From Clostridia bacterium (GTDB lineage Bacteria; Bacillota; Clostridia; JAAYHZ01): a stretch of 64,000 nucleotides of DNA. Below are positions 20,304 through 28,963 of the stretch, piece after piece. The first letter of the stretch is position 1. Every line of letters begins with the position of its first letter. The stretch is taken from contig JBMNIH010000004.1 of assembly GCA_050950825.1 (NCBI GenBank), forward strand, positions 544,001 to 608,000, in the 5' to 3' direction. The notes beneath the pieces are model-generated. The model did no database searches. It had not been told where the DNA came from and saw only the letters and a list, made by a program, of their open reading frames with translations. The position numbers and the translations under genes are program-made.

Positions 20304-21809
20304 TTATAATACCTTTAAAAGGTCCTGCAGTAACAACCAAGCTTTTTCGTCTATCGCTTTGCATTCGTCAATAAGATAACCGATTTTTTCACGTATTTCA
20401 CGGGATGCAAGCGCTTGAATCTGTTTCTCTCCGCGCTCCCAACCGCCCAATACTTGGTACATTTTTAATGCGCACGCCGCCGATTCGGCAAATCGTTCCG
20501 CAATTTTTGCATATAACGGTTGCTTCGGATTTTTATCGGCCAGCTTTTTAAAGTATTTATATGCGTTTTTACGCCCGTCGGCAAGACAATCTACGGCATC
20601 TTGATGACACATAAGTCGTTCCACAAGCAGGGAGCTTACCATGTCTTTATTGATTTGACTTTCGTCCAATAGAGCCTTTTTCCATGCTTCATAAGCATAT
20701 CCGGCTTTTGCATATTCATAATGCCTTCTCGGCGTCATAACCTCGATAGCGTTTTCAACGACGTTTCTTACCGTGTATCTTTTGCCGGTGATTTCCCCGA
20801 ATGACATAAGTGCATTGGTACTTTGATTTTCCCACCACCGGTCGGTTATATAATAACCGGATTCGTCAAAACGTACGTTTGCAGCATATTCCGAGTAATT
20901 CTGAAACACGTTCCATCCTAATAGGATATTGCCGTTATCGCGATAACCGGTTATGATTCCCGGTTCGGGAGGACCGATGACACCCCTTGCGATCACCGGG
21001 ATACCGTTATCAATTTTTTCTTTAATGAAGTTTATAAACTCGGCCTTTTGGGTTGTTTGCGATCGGCCGATCAGATTGAATTGACAACCTATAGACTCGA
21101 TGGCACGGCGGAACACCTTGGAAGGGTCGTCAAATGTAAAAATATCGCCCACGTTACCTCCGTCCCAAGTCGTTTCGTTCCAACTAAGGCGAAAAGCCAT
21201 ACCGCAATAGACGATTGCATCCGTATAGTCCAGCTCAATCCCCATGTAATTCGCCGCCGCTTTCATACAAATCGGTAGGGGAGTGATCCCGCCGAACGCA
21301 CCGTAATGAACCTTAGGAACACCGTATAAAACAACGCTTCCGTCCGATACATGTCTTTGTTCATGGTTATTCATTTTTACAATCCCTTCCTTTTCTTTTT
21401 GAGAAACCGGATTGAAATTTATAGATACGCCGAAAACACCGGCAGTTAAAACGGTACGGCCGACAGATCGTTTTTGTCTTCGAAAATCGCTCGGATTAAA
21501 ACCGGTAATACGCTTGAAAGCTCTTGTAAAAGAATCCGGATTTGAAAAACCGTATTTTGTAGCAATGTCCAAGATATTTTTATCACTATGAGAGATGTCA
21601 AAAGCCGCATGTGCAATTCTTCTGCTTAAAACGTAGCGGGATAAGGATTTTCCCGTCAGCTTGGAAAAAACGGATCGAATATGCGACAGAGAAAACCCCA
21701 CCGCCTTTTCAAGCTCCGCATACTCGAAACCGGTTTGTAACCTATTTTCAACGAATATAATGACCGAAGAAACCATAACATATTGATCCATCACATCACA
21801 ACCGTTCAT
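20304..21809 (-). CDS. AraC-family regulator with N-terminal HTH and a large C-terminal domain (BtrH/peptidase-C39-like, tentative)
   Basis: DIATKYGFSNPDSFTRAFKRITG AraC signature in the first 110 aa. Confidence 0.82.
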   Translation of the reverse strand: MNGCDVMDQYVMVSSVIIFVENRLQTGFEYAELEKAVGFSLSHIRSVFSKLTGKSLSRYVLSRRIAHAAFDISHSDKNILDIATKYGFSNPDSFTRAFKRITGFNPSDFRRQKRSVGRTVLTAGVFGVSINFNPVSQKEKEGIVKMNNHEQRHVSDGSVVLYGVPKVHYGAFGGITPLPICMKAAANYMGIELDYTDAIVYCGMAFRLSWNETTWDGGNVGDIFTFDDPSKVFRRAIESIGCQFNLIGRSQTTQKAEFINFIKEKIDNGIPVIARGVIGPPEPGIITGYRDNGNILLGWNVFQNYSEYAANVRFDESGYYITDRWWENQSTNALMSFGEITGKRYTVRNVVENAIEVMTPRRHYEYAKAGYAYEAWKKALLDESQINKDMVSSLLVERLMCHQDAVDCLADGRKNAYKYFKKLADKNPKQPLYAKIAERFAESAACALKMYQVLGGWERGEKQIQALASREIREKIGYLIDECKAIDEKAWLLLQDLLKVL

Positions 21810-22039
21810 TTCCTCTATATGGAGTGATGTCAGTATATCATACGAAAAAAATATCTTCTCGACTTTTTTAATGATGTTAAATGAAAACCCAAACGAATTG
21901 TGTTATTTAAGATAACAACATTCATGCCGAGATAAGGGACGATTAAGTCTATATAATGGTGTAAAAAGAAGTTGAGCCAAAGCTCATACCTCGGTTAGAA
22001 TATAAGTGTCATCAAATACCAAACCGAGGAGGATGAACC

Positions 22040-23254
22040 ATGGCTCAGTTTAATATTACAATAACCGAAAAACTTTTGCACGGACTATTTTTATCAAACG
22101 GCAGGGATGAAGCATTTTCCAAGCTATTAGAGGAAATCTTCAACCAGGTACTATTAGCCCAATCTTCAGAACAGGTAGGAGCTGAACCCTATGAGAGAAC
22201 TGAAGAAAGAACTGCCTACCGCAATGGTTTTCGAGACAGACAGATGACTACTCGAGTTGGCACACTTACTCTGCGGGTCCCCAGGCATCGCAATGGTAAG
22301 TTTTCTACAGAGCTGTTTGCCCGATATCAACGCAGTGAACAGGCCTTGATACTGGCCATGATGGAGATGGTGATTAATGGGGTTTCAACTCGTAAAGTTG
22401 AAGCCATCACACAAGAGCTCTGTGGTAAATCGTTTTCTAAATCCACAGTTTCAGCTCTTTGTAAGCAGCTGGATCCCATGGTTCACGCTTTTAGGACAAG
22501 ACCGCTTGAAAGTCATTATCCCTTTCTAATTGTAGATGCTCTTTACCTTAAGGTGCGTGAAGATCATCGGGTTGAGTCAAGAGGATTACTCATCGCCGTA
22601 GGTGTCAACGAAGAAGGTTATCGCGAAATTATTGGCTTTCAGGTGGCTAACACAGAAACTGAAAGCAGTTGGGGGGAATTCTTCGCATCCCTAAAGGAAA
22701 GGGGATTAAAAGACGTTCGCTTAATTACATCCGACAATCACAAGGGGCTTGTCAATGCAGTCAAGAGACATTTTCAAGGAGCAACCTGGCAACGATGTCA
22801 AACCCATTTTTCAAGGAACATGCTGGATCACACTCCTAAAGCACTACAGCCTGTTATCAAAGAAGATCTTCGTGAGCTGTATGAAGCTGTTGACTTAGAT
22901 AGCGCTCGAAAGGTCAGAGATCAGCTCCTTGGTAAATACGGGACGATAGCTCCAAAAGCTGCTACTCTATTAGACGAATCCTTCGATGATGTCACGGCGA
23001 TTCTGGCAGTGCCCCTGAAATATCGAAAGCGACTACGTACTACAAACGGCGTGGAACGGCTCAATCAGGAAGTGAGGCGGCGAGAGCGGGTAATACGCAT
23101 CTTCCCTAATGAGGCATCCGTAATCCGCTTGATAGGTGCCCTGCTTATGGAACAAGATGAAAAGTGGCAAGCAGGCCGTAAATACTTTGATATGGATTTA
23201 TATTATCAAAGTATGGAAAACAAGAAAACCAAGGATAGAAACCCTGCTGCCTAG
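22040..23254 (+). CDS. IS256-family (mutator) transposase
   Basis: YRNG, GVSTRKV, DALYLKVR, WQRCQTHF, RTTNGVERLNQEVRRR motifs. Confidence 0.97.
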   Translation: MAQFNITITEKLLHGLFLSNGRDEAFSKLLEEIFNQVLLAQSSEQVGAEPYERTEERTAYRNGFRDRQMTTRVGTLTLRVPRHRNGKFSTELFARYQRSEQALILAMMEMVINGVSTRKVEAITQELCGKSFSKSTVSALCKQLDPMVHAFRTRPLESHYPFLIVDALYLKVREDHRVESRGLLIAVGVNEEGYREIIGFQVANTETESSWGEFFASLKERGLKDVRLITSDNHKGLVNAVKRHFQGATWQRCQTHFSRNMLDHTPKALQPVIKEDLRELYEAVDLDSARKVRDQLLGKYGTIAPKAATLLDESFDDVTAILAVPLKYRKRLRTTNGVERLNQEVRRRERVIRIFPNEASVIRLIGALLMEQDEKWQAGRKYFDMDLYYQSMENKKTKDRNPAA

Positions 23255-23273
23255 GGTACCTACTACTATCATT

Positions 23274-23439
23274 GCATTTATTCCACGGTCTGTTGACAAC
23301 GAGCCTCTCATGGCCTGTTTATATGCATCAGAGCCATCCCCATTGTTTTATCGATATGTCTTACGCTGGAGTGGTGATGCCTGGCAATCAGCCTAACATG
23401 CCATGTACTCATTATCAACAGCTTTCGCGGCATAAAAGC
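23274..23439 (-). other. Conserved ~170-nt hairpin element (copy 2)
   Basis: Homologous to 18277-18447; inside the IS256 between the transposase stop and right IR. Confidence 0.7.
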
Positions 23440-24090
23440 TTTCGTCTGGTCCGGTTGATAACATCAATGTCCTTTAGCATACCGGCTGGACAAACCGAGG
23501 TAATTTACACACTATTTTGGACTTGACTCACATTCACATTGTGGTGGTTTCTTTTTGTGTTGCGAATTGATAAAACGCATAATCATTATATAACAGTTTA
23601 TTAAAATGTGAATACATACTATTTATAATATTTTCCGGCTATAAAATTATTACCTGAAATATTTGTAAGTGTCAAAGAAATCAATACATAGAATAAAGCC
23701 TCTGTAGATAGTACCATCATAATTAAACGTGGTTGGTAAAGTCGAAAAAGATGAAAAGTTAAATGCGAAAAAAGTCCTCTAATAACAGAGGTCTTTTAAA
23801 ATGCTTCATGGTAGGTTGTGGCCGGTCTTGCGTTTTCGCCGTCCTATCCACCCTACATTTGTTTGAAACTATATTTACGCTTTCAATTATTTCTTACCTA
23901 ATCCAAACAACAATTGAATAACCGTTTCGACAATCTTCTATTCGGATTCTTCCATTTCTATATCAAACTCATTACATAATTTTAATGTATAAGACAGAGC
24001 AGCATTGGCTCTTTTTTCTTTTGGGATCTTATCATTGAAAGTTTTTATGTATTCCAAACTTATTGTCTACCAAATCGCTTTTTAAATAAT

Positions 24091-24115
24091 AAAACCCTTG
24101 CAGTACAAGGGTTTT
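24091..24115 (-). terminator. Hairpin next to the distal att site (probable original tmRNA terminator)
   Basis: AAAACCCTTG-CAGTA-CAAGGGTTTT immediately after the displaced ssrA 3' end. Confidence 0.6.
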
Positions 24116-24117
24116 GT

Positions 24118-24155
24118 TGGTGGAGGCGAGCCGTACCTCCCCATATCCACAACCA
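24118..24155. other. Distal attachment site (duplicated ssrA 3' end plus attP arm)
   Basis: Core 24118-24130; ATCCACAACCA at 24145-24155 is the inverted repeat of TGGTTGTGGAT at 31414-31424. Confidence 0.85.
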
Positions 24156-25693
24156 CCCTCGTATATGTTATGCCGACTCATGTCAATTGAGTGAATATCA
24201 AGCGTATCATCGTAGACGATAACTTTCTTGACATATGTTTGGATAATTTGCTTTTGCTCTTCCGGAGTTCTGCTCCTTATGTCGGCATCCTTAGCCAGAT
24301 ATGCTCTTATCATTTCTTCCGAAGGGGCATGAGCTTGAGCTTGGATCTTGGCTTCCTCGATCTTCAACTCGAGAGCCGATCTCTTCGCTTCGAGTTCGTC
24401 CATCTTTTCTTTCATGCTCGGGTGAAACATCCCTGCGGCTATGGCATTGACGATATTATTGATTTCGGTCTTAATGCCTGTCAAACGGTCCGTAAACGCT
24501 TTTATATCTCTGTCGATCTCTTTCGTTTGCTCGGCCGCATATTCCATTACCTTCTTGGCGATCGTGTCAATGGCCTCGGGGGAGAATACGTTTTTCTCCA
24601 GATATTCTATCACGATATTTTCAACGTAATCCTTTCGGATGTTTTTCATATCGCAGCTCTTTGTTCGCTTGCGAATAGAGCACTCATAAGTCACCTGCAG
24701 AGTTTTATTCCTGCCCGCATATCTTCGATTGCCGACCATGGCTCCGCCGCATTTACCGCAGAAAATGATACCCAGATAATAAGATACGTCTCTTTCGCCT
24801 TGTTCGCCGCTCGGACCTCGTTTCATTCTTTCTCCATTCTCGCTTGCACCCTCTCCCAGGCTTCGTCCGTCTATGATCCGAGGCATGCCGCCCTCGATTC
24901 TTGATAATCTCCTCCTCACTTTTGCTTTTGCGGTGGTTACGCTTTCCGTCTGATTTTTCGGATCGGAGCGATTGAATATGTAAACGCCACGATACTTTTC
25001 ATTTTATAAGTATCTCGTGCAAGCCGTTCTTCCCGAAACGGCCTGCCGGTCTTGTGTCCTGCAGCCAGTCTTGATTCAGCTGCTACGTATAATTTCGCCG
25101 TATCCAGAGCCAGCAGGCATACATCTCATAGATATAGCCTGTACGAGCCGGCGACTTCGTGCTCGTTGATAATGTAGGTGCCGTCCGGGGCTACGTCGTA
25201 TCCCAGCGGAGGTTTCCCGCCGGTATGTTTGCATTGCAGGGCAGTCTCTCTCATGCCCTTCATGACTTCCCGGGCAAGGTTTCGGCTGTAATATTCGGCC
25301 ATTCCCTCAAGGACGGATTCAAGAATAATGCTTTCCGGACTATCGTCCAGGTTTTCGAGAACCGATATAAGCCTGACACCGTTCTTCTTTAGCTGACGCT
25401 TATAAAATGCGGAATCATACCTATCTCGGCTGAACCGGTCCAGCTTATGTGAACGATGACAGCAGCAAACAGACCCAGGGCGCTGTCCTGTATCATCTGC
25501 AGAAAGCCAGGTCTGTCATCTGTTGTTGCGCTCCGGGCTTCATCAGTATATATCTTGACAAGGCGGATCCCATTTCTATCACAGTATTCACGGATAGCGC
25601 GAAGCTGAGCTTCTATTGATTCTTCGCGCTGGTTGTCACTGCTATACCTTGCGTACGCTGCTGCTTTGATCATCGGTTGCCCTCCTATATGCA

Positions 25694-25707
25694 AGAACTT
25701 ATGTTCG
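25694..25707 (-). promoter_or_regulatory. LexA/DinR (Cheo) box upstream of the integrase
   Basis: CGAACATAAGTTCT on the minus strand matches GAAC-N4-GTTC, about 9 nt upstream of the GGAGG RBS. Confidence 0.7.
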
Positions 25708-25735
25708 TAGTTATAATAAAAAAAAATAAAGTTAA

Positions 25736-26251
25736 TTAGTTTTCTTGGCTGTAATGTGAAAATTTAATACCTAATCTACGAAGCATATCAAAAGTGTTTA
25801 TATATTGGACATTAAAAGCTACACAAACATTAGGAATAGGTATTCTCTTTTTAATTTCTTTATTAAAAGCCTCGTGTGTAACTACTATTAACCCTTTTGC
25901 CTTTGCATATGCGATCAACCATCCATCTGCACAGCTTGCAAATTCACTTTTGGCTTCTGGTTTAAATTGTGTTTGGTTATATGACCATGTCATAATGTCT
26001 CTATAAGCGTCAATAACGTCATCTTCACCGGTTGATTTACACAAAGATTCAAAATTTTCTATCCATTCTGCTAATTCATCTTTTCCTTTTTTTATTTCCG
26101 ACATTATACGATCAATTATGATTATATGTTGATTTTTAATATGAACGCTTAAAGCCTCCCAAAAAGGAGGCGCTATGTCGAATGCATAGTACCGACGTGA
26201 AGCTTCCATAAAAACATTAGCATCTGGGATAAATATAGTATTACTGGTCAT
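25736..26251 (-). CDS. DUF4411 family (PIN-like) protein, candidate toxin
   Basis: DANVFMEA..YY..D..P.FW, ADGWLIAYA, VVTHE, IPNVC motifs. Confidence 0.85.
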   Translation of the reverse strand: MTSNTIFIPDANVFMEASRRYYAFDIAPPFWEALSVHIKNQHIIIIDRIMSEIKKGKDELAEWIENFESLCKSTGEDDVIDAYRDIMTWSYNQTQFKPEAKSEFASCADGWLIAYAKAKGLIVVTHEAFNKEIKKRIPIPNVCVAFNVQYINTFDMLRRLGIKFSHYSQEN

Positions 26252-27405
26252 AATAAATTCCCCAATTCTAACGACTCAGCATAGCGCTCAAAAGTCTTTC
26301 CATACAGTCCTGTAAGTTGATATGCTTCATGATATAGAAGTTTTTCTTCTCGAACAGCAGTGATTATAGCTTCTGCAAAACGTCGGCCGATACGCAGATT
26401 TTGGCTTGCGTAGAAATTACCTCCATCATTGTTTTGATTCTTATTTTTCTCTTTTGTCTGATAGTCATTATAAAACTTTATAAATGTATCTTTTGTAATA
26501 TATCCTAAGTCAAGAGCTCTACGTGCAACGACCAACTCGCTTACCTTAAATTGGCGTGCTAGTATCTGAAAAGGTTCAGAATTATTGGAAACTGTAGACC
26601 AGATTTCCTGAAATTCATGCTTAGGAACCAAAAACTCTGCAGCTAACATATTACAAATTAGCTCAATTTTATCTTCAGCGGGCTGAAGATCACGGAGATC
26701 AAATGCAGCGCTAACACCAAACCAAACATGAGCCAACTCATGTGCTAGTGTAAACATCTGAGCAGCTTTTCCGTCAGCACCATTTACAAATACTAAAGGC
26801 GCATATTCATCGACTAAAACGAAACCACGAAATTCGGATGGATTAAGTTTGCGATGTGTATTATTTCCTACAACGCTATTAACGACTACAATAATGCCTA
26901 TATTTTCCATGCGGATTTGCAATTCTCGTAATGCTTCAGTCCAATTTGGCTGTTTTGCTGCCCATTCCTCTTCAAGCCCTAATGTCTTTCTCATTTTCTG
27001 AGCTACATAGGAAGGATCCTCTGCAAGATCTACCGAATTTACAAAAGGTAACGGGTCATGACCTTGCTCAATAAGATAATCACGCATCCAATTCTGGCGC
27101 CGTTTCATTATCTGTACGGTTTCGATAAGTTCAGCGCTGAATTGATGCATAAATTGATTTTTGTCGGTACGGAAATATGGAATAGGAAGTTGCTCTACTG
27201 GTGGCTCTGGAAGGAAAAAATAACCCAGTGGAGTATAAGTTGCTTTTGCCAAGTCTTCTAACTGGCGCAAAGTAGGCATACTTTCTCCTTTTAGCCACTC
27301 AGATAGCTTTGGAAACCTCTGTTCGATTGTAAAGGCTCTGCCCGACCTTTCAAGAGCCCATAGAAGAACAGATTTTTCTATAGCTACTTCTGGTATTTTA
27401 GCCAT
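26248..27405 (-). CDS. HTH-XRE plus ImmA/IrrE (M78) metallopeptidase fusion, candidate antitoxin
   Basis: PTLRQLEDLA HTH, EFRGF, FTLAHELAH; 4-bp overlap with the DUF4411 gene. Confidence 0.9.
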   Translation of the reverse strand: MAKIPEVAIEKSVLLWALERSGRAFTIEQRFPKLSEWLKGESMPTLRQLEDLAKATYTPLGYFFLPEPPVEQLPIPYFRTDKNQFMHQFSAELIETVQIMKRRQNWMRDYLIEQGHDPLPFVNSVDLAEDPSYVAQKMRKTLGLEEEWAAKQPNWTEALRELQIRMENIGIIVVVNSVVGNNTHRKLNPSEFRGFVLVDEYAPLVFVNGADGKAAQMFTLAHELAHVWFGVSAAFDLRDLQPAEDKIELICNMLAAEFLVPKHEFQEIWSTVSNNSEPFQILARQFKVSELVVARRALDLGYITKDTFIKFYNDYQTKEKNKNQNNDGGNFYASQNLRIGRRFAEAIITAVREEKLLYHEAYQLTGLYGKTFERYAESLELGNLL

Positions 27406-27551
27406 GGCACCATCACCTCCTTTCATCAATAATTATGTTACAATATATTATAACATTTTCCCTTTATTTTTTGCTTCTTTTGGACATCAGTTTTTGAAAA
27501 ATATCTTCAAATTCTCACTATTATTTCTAATTACCTTTAAATTGTGTTAGT

Positions 27552-28007
27552 TTATAAATTTTTATAAACTCCAGGTGGATCGAAATAGATTATGTAATTG
27601 CCGCGCTTTTTGCATTTTCCGTACATGGCATTGTAAGTAGCAAAAGCGTCCTTTAAAAAATCCTCAGTTACTCCTATATATTCAGCCATTTCATATTGAT
27701 TTCTGCATCCAGCTTCAAAGGCCTTGATTATATTTTTCAGTGTCACAAGCCGCTTTACTGCCCACCGTCTGGCTTTTATTTCCTGCTTGCGGTTGGCTGT
27801 CACCGACGTATCGATGATGTTGCCGCATGAAGTAAAATGATGTCCCAGTTCCTCGGCCAGTACGCATGCTTTCTCGGCGGTGGTTGACAAATTCTTGCTT
27901 AACGCAATGGCATTGTCGTAATAAAGCCCTTTTATCTTGCCTCGGAGAGGTAAAGTCACAACCTCGATGCCCTCTCTCTCAGCCTCTAGAAGCAATCTTT
28001 CGTACAT
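27552..28007 (-). CDS. ImmA/IrrE family metallopeptidase (prophage anti-repressor)
   Basis: LAEELGHH motif, KQEIKARRWA, MAEYIGVT. Confidence 0.88.
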   Translation of the reverse strand: MYERLLLEAEREGIEVVTLPLRGKIKGLYYDNAIALSKNLSTTAEKACVLAEELGHHFTSCGNIIDTSVTANRKQEIKARRWAVKRLVTLKNIIKAFEAGCRNQYEMAEYIGVTEDFLKDAFATYNAMYGKCKKRGNYIIYFDPPGVYKNL

Positions 28008-28069
28008 GGCAAACCTCACAAATATATAACCCATGCTCGCACACTTATATACTTCGAGCGTACCTCATA

Positions 28070-28471
28070 TTACTTTTTTCCTGCCCAGAATTGATGCCCG
28101 CATTTAAGGCAAGTCACTCTGACTTTTTTGGATCCGATATTGCCGGCCATAAGACCGATACCGCCGGTAAGAGAAGCACCAACCACAGCTTTCCCTATTC
28201 CAAATCCCTTTTTGTGTGCTGACAAGCTTGTTGAATAGCATTTCGGACAGTAGGCGATGCCTTCTTTATCCAGCTGTTTGGCTCGCTCTTTTAGTGCTTG
28301 ACGATTAACTTCTTCACTGAAGTATTCTTCCTTGACTTGATCTTTTAATCTTTCCCAGAAGCTTTTTTTAACCGGTTTTTCAACCGGTTCCCCCTGCGAT
28401 TCTCCGATGGGAGCGCCGCAATTTGAGCAGAAATTACCAGTTATTTCATGACCGCAGTTTGAACAAAACAT
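28070..28471 (-). CDS. Zinc-ribbon protein with glycine-rich hydrophobic segment (prophage accessory)
   Basis: CSNCG x2, CPKC, KKGFGIGKAVVG, CLKCGHQF. Confidence 0.75.
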   Translation of the reverse strand: MFCSNCGHEITGNFCSNCGAPIGESQGEPVEKPVKKSFWERLKDQVKEEYFSEEVNRQALKERAKQLDKEGIAYCPKCYSTSLSAHKKGFGIGKAVVGASLTGGIGLMAGNIGSKKVRVTCLKCGHQFWAGKK

Positions 28472-28486
28472 ATAAACACACCACCT

Positions 28487-28891
28487 TTAAGAAATAATAA
28501 TAACAACTACTATAATAATTAATGCAATCATGCCTAACAAAGCAATTATTGTACCACATCCGCAGCCTTTTGGCTGTGCTGCTTGTTTCCGAGGTGTCCT
28601 CAGTTCTCTTTCTAATTCTTCTATCTCTTTATCCAAGTCAATATATAATCCCATAGCATGCCTACAGCCTTCATGAAAGAGGCCTGCTTTTCTTGCTTCT
28701 TCCAGCGTCGGGTAGCCTTTTGTTCTTCCTGTGATGCTTAAGATTTTTCCCTGCCAAGGCTTGCATAATGGGCAATCGGTTATGTGAGTAGATATTTTTA
28801 CAAGGTCACGCCCCAATTCTTTAGCTCTCTGGGTAACTGAGAAAATATGCGGCTCTATATTTGAAGGTTTAGTATTTTTTGTGTTAGACAT
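28487..28891 (-). CDS. Small membrane-anchored protein with a phage minor-capsid/MuF-like Cys-His domain
   Basis: H...CPLCKPWQGKILS...GLFHEGCRH plus C-terminal TM helix. Confidence 0.6.
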   Translation of the reverse strand: MSNTKNTKPSNIEPHIFSVTQRAKELGRDLVKISTHITDCPLCKPWQGKILSITGRTKGYPTLEEARKAGLFHEGCRHAMGLYIDLDKEIEELERELRTPRKQAAQPKGCGCGTIIALLGMIALIIIVVVIIIS

Positions 28892-28963
28892 TCAATCACC
28901 CATAACTTCATTCATTTTTCTTACGCTGCTGCCGTTTCATCCTCACAAACTCCTTAAACCGTT

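Larger units (their letters stand above)
21940..23529 (+). mobile_element. IS256-family insertion sequence
   Basis: Imperfect IRs (..AAGTCTATATAATGGTGTAAA and TTTACACACTATTTTGGACTTGACTC) around a mutator-type transposase; no clean target duplication seen. Confidence 0.85.
24032..25673 (-). pseudogene. Large serine recombinase (phage integrase), multiply frameshifted
   Basis: N-terminal YARYSS catalytic motif, KLDRFSR in a shifted frame, zinc ribbon CGKCG...YEC, coiled coil; indels between about 24770 and 25450 (decay or sequencing error). Confidence 0.88.

Noticed and set aside
21918-21925. ACATTCA as IS256 target duplication
   Set aside because: It matches the sequence after the right IR but lies about 14 nt away from the apparent left IR, so it cannot be called a clean TSD.
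24191-24904. 237-aa plus-strand ORF
   Set aside because: Antisense shadow of the serine integrase, with no RBS or recognisable motifs.
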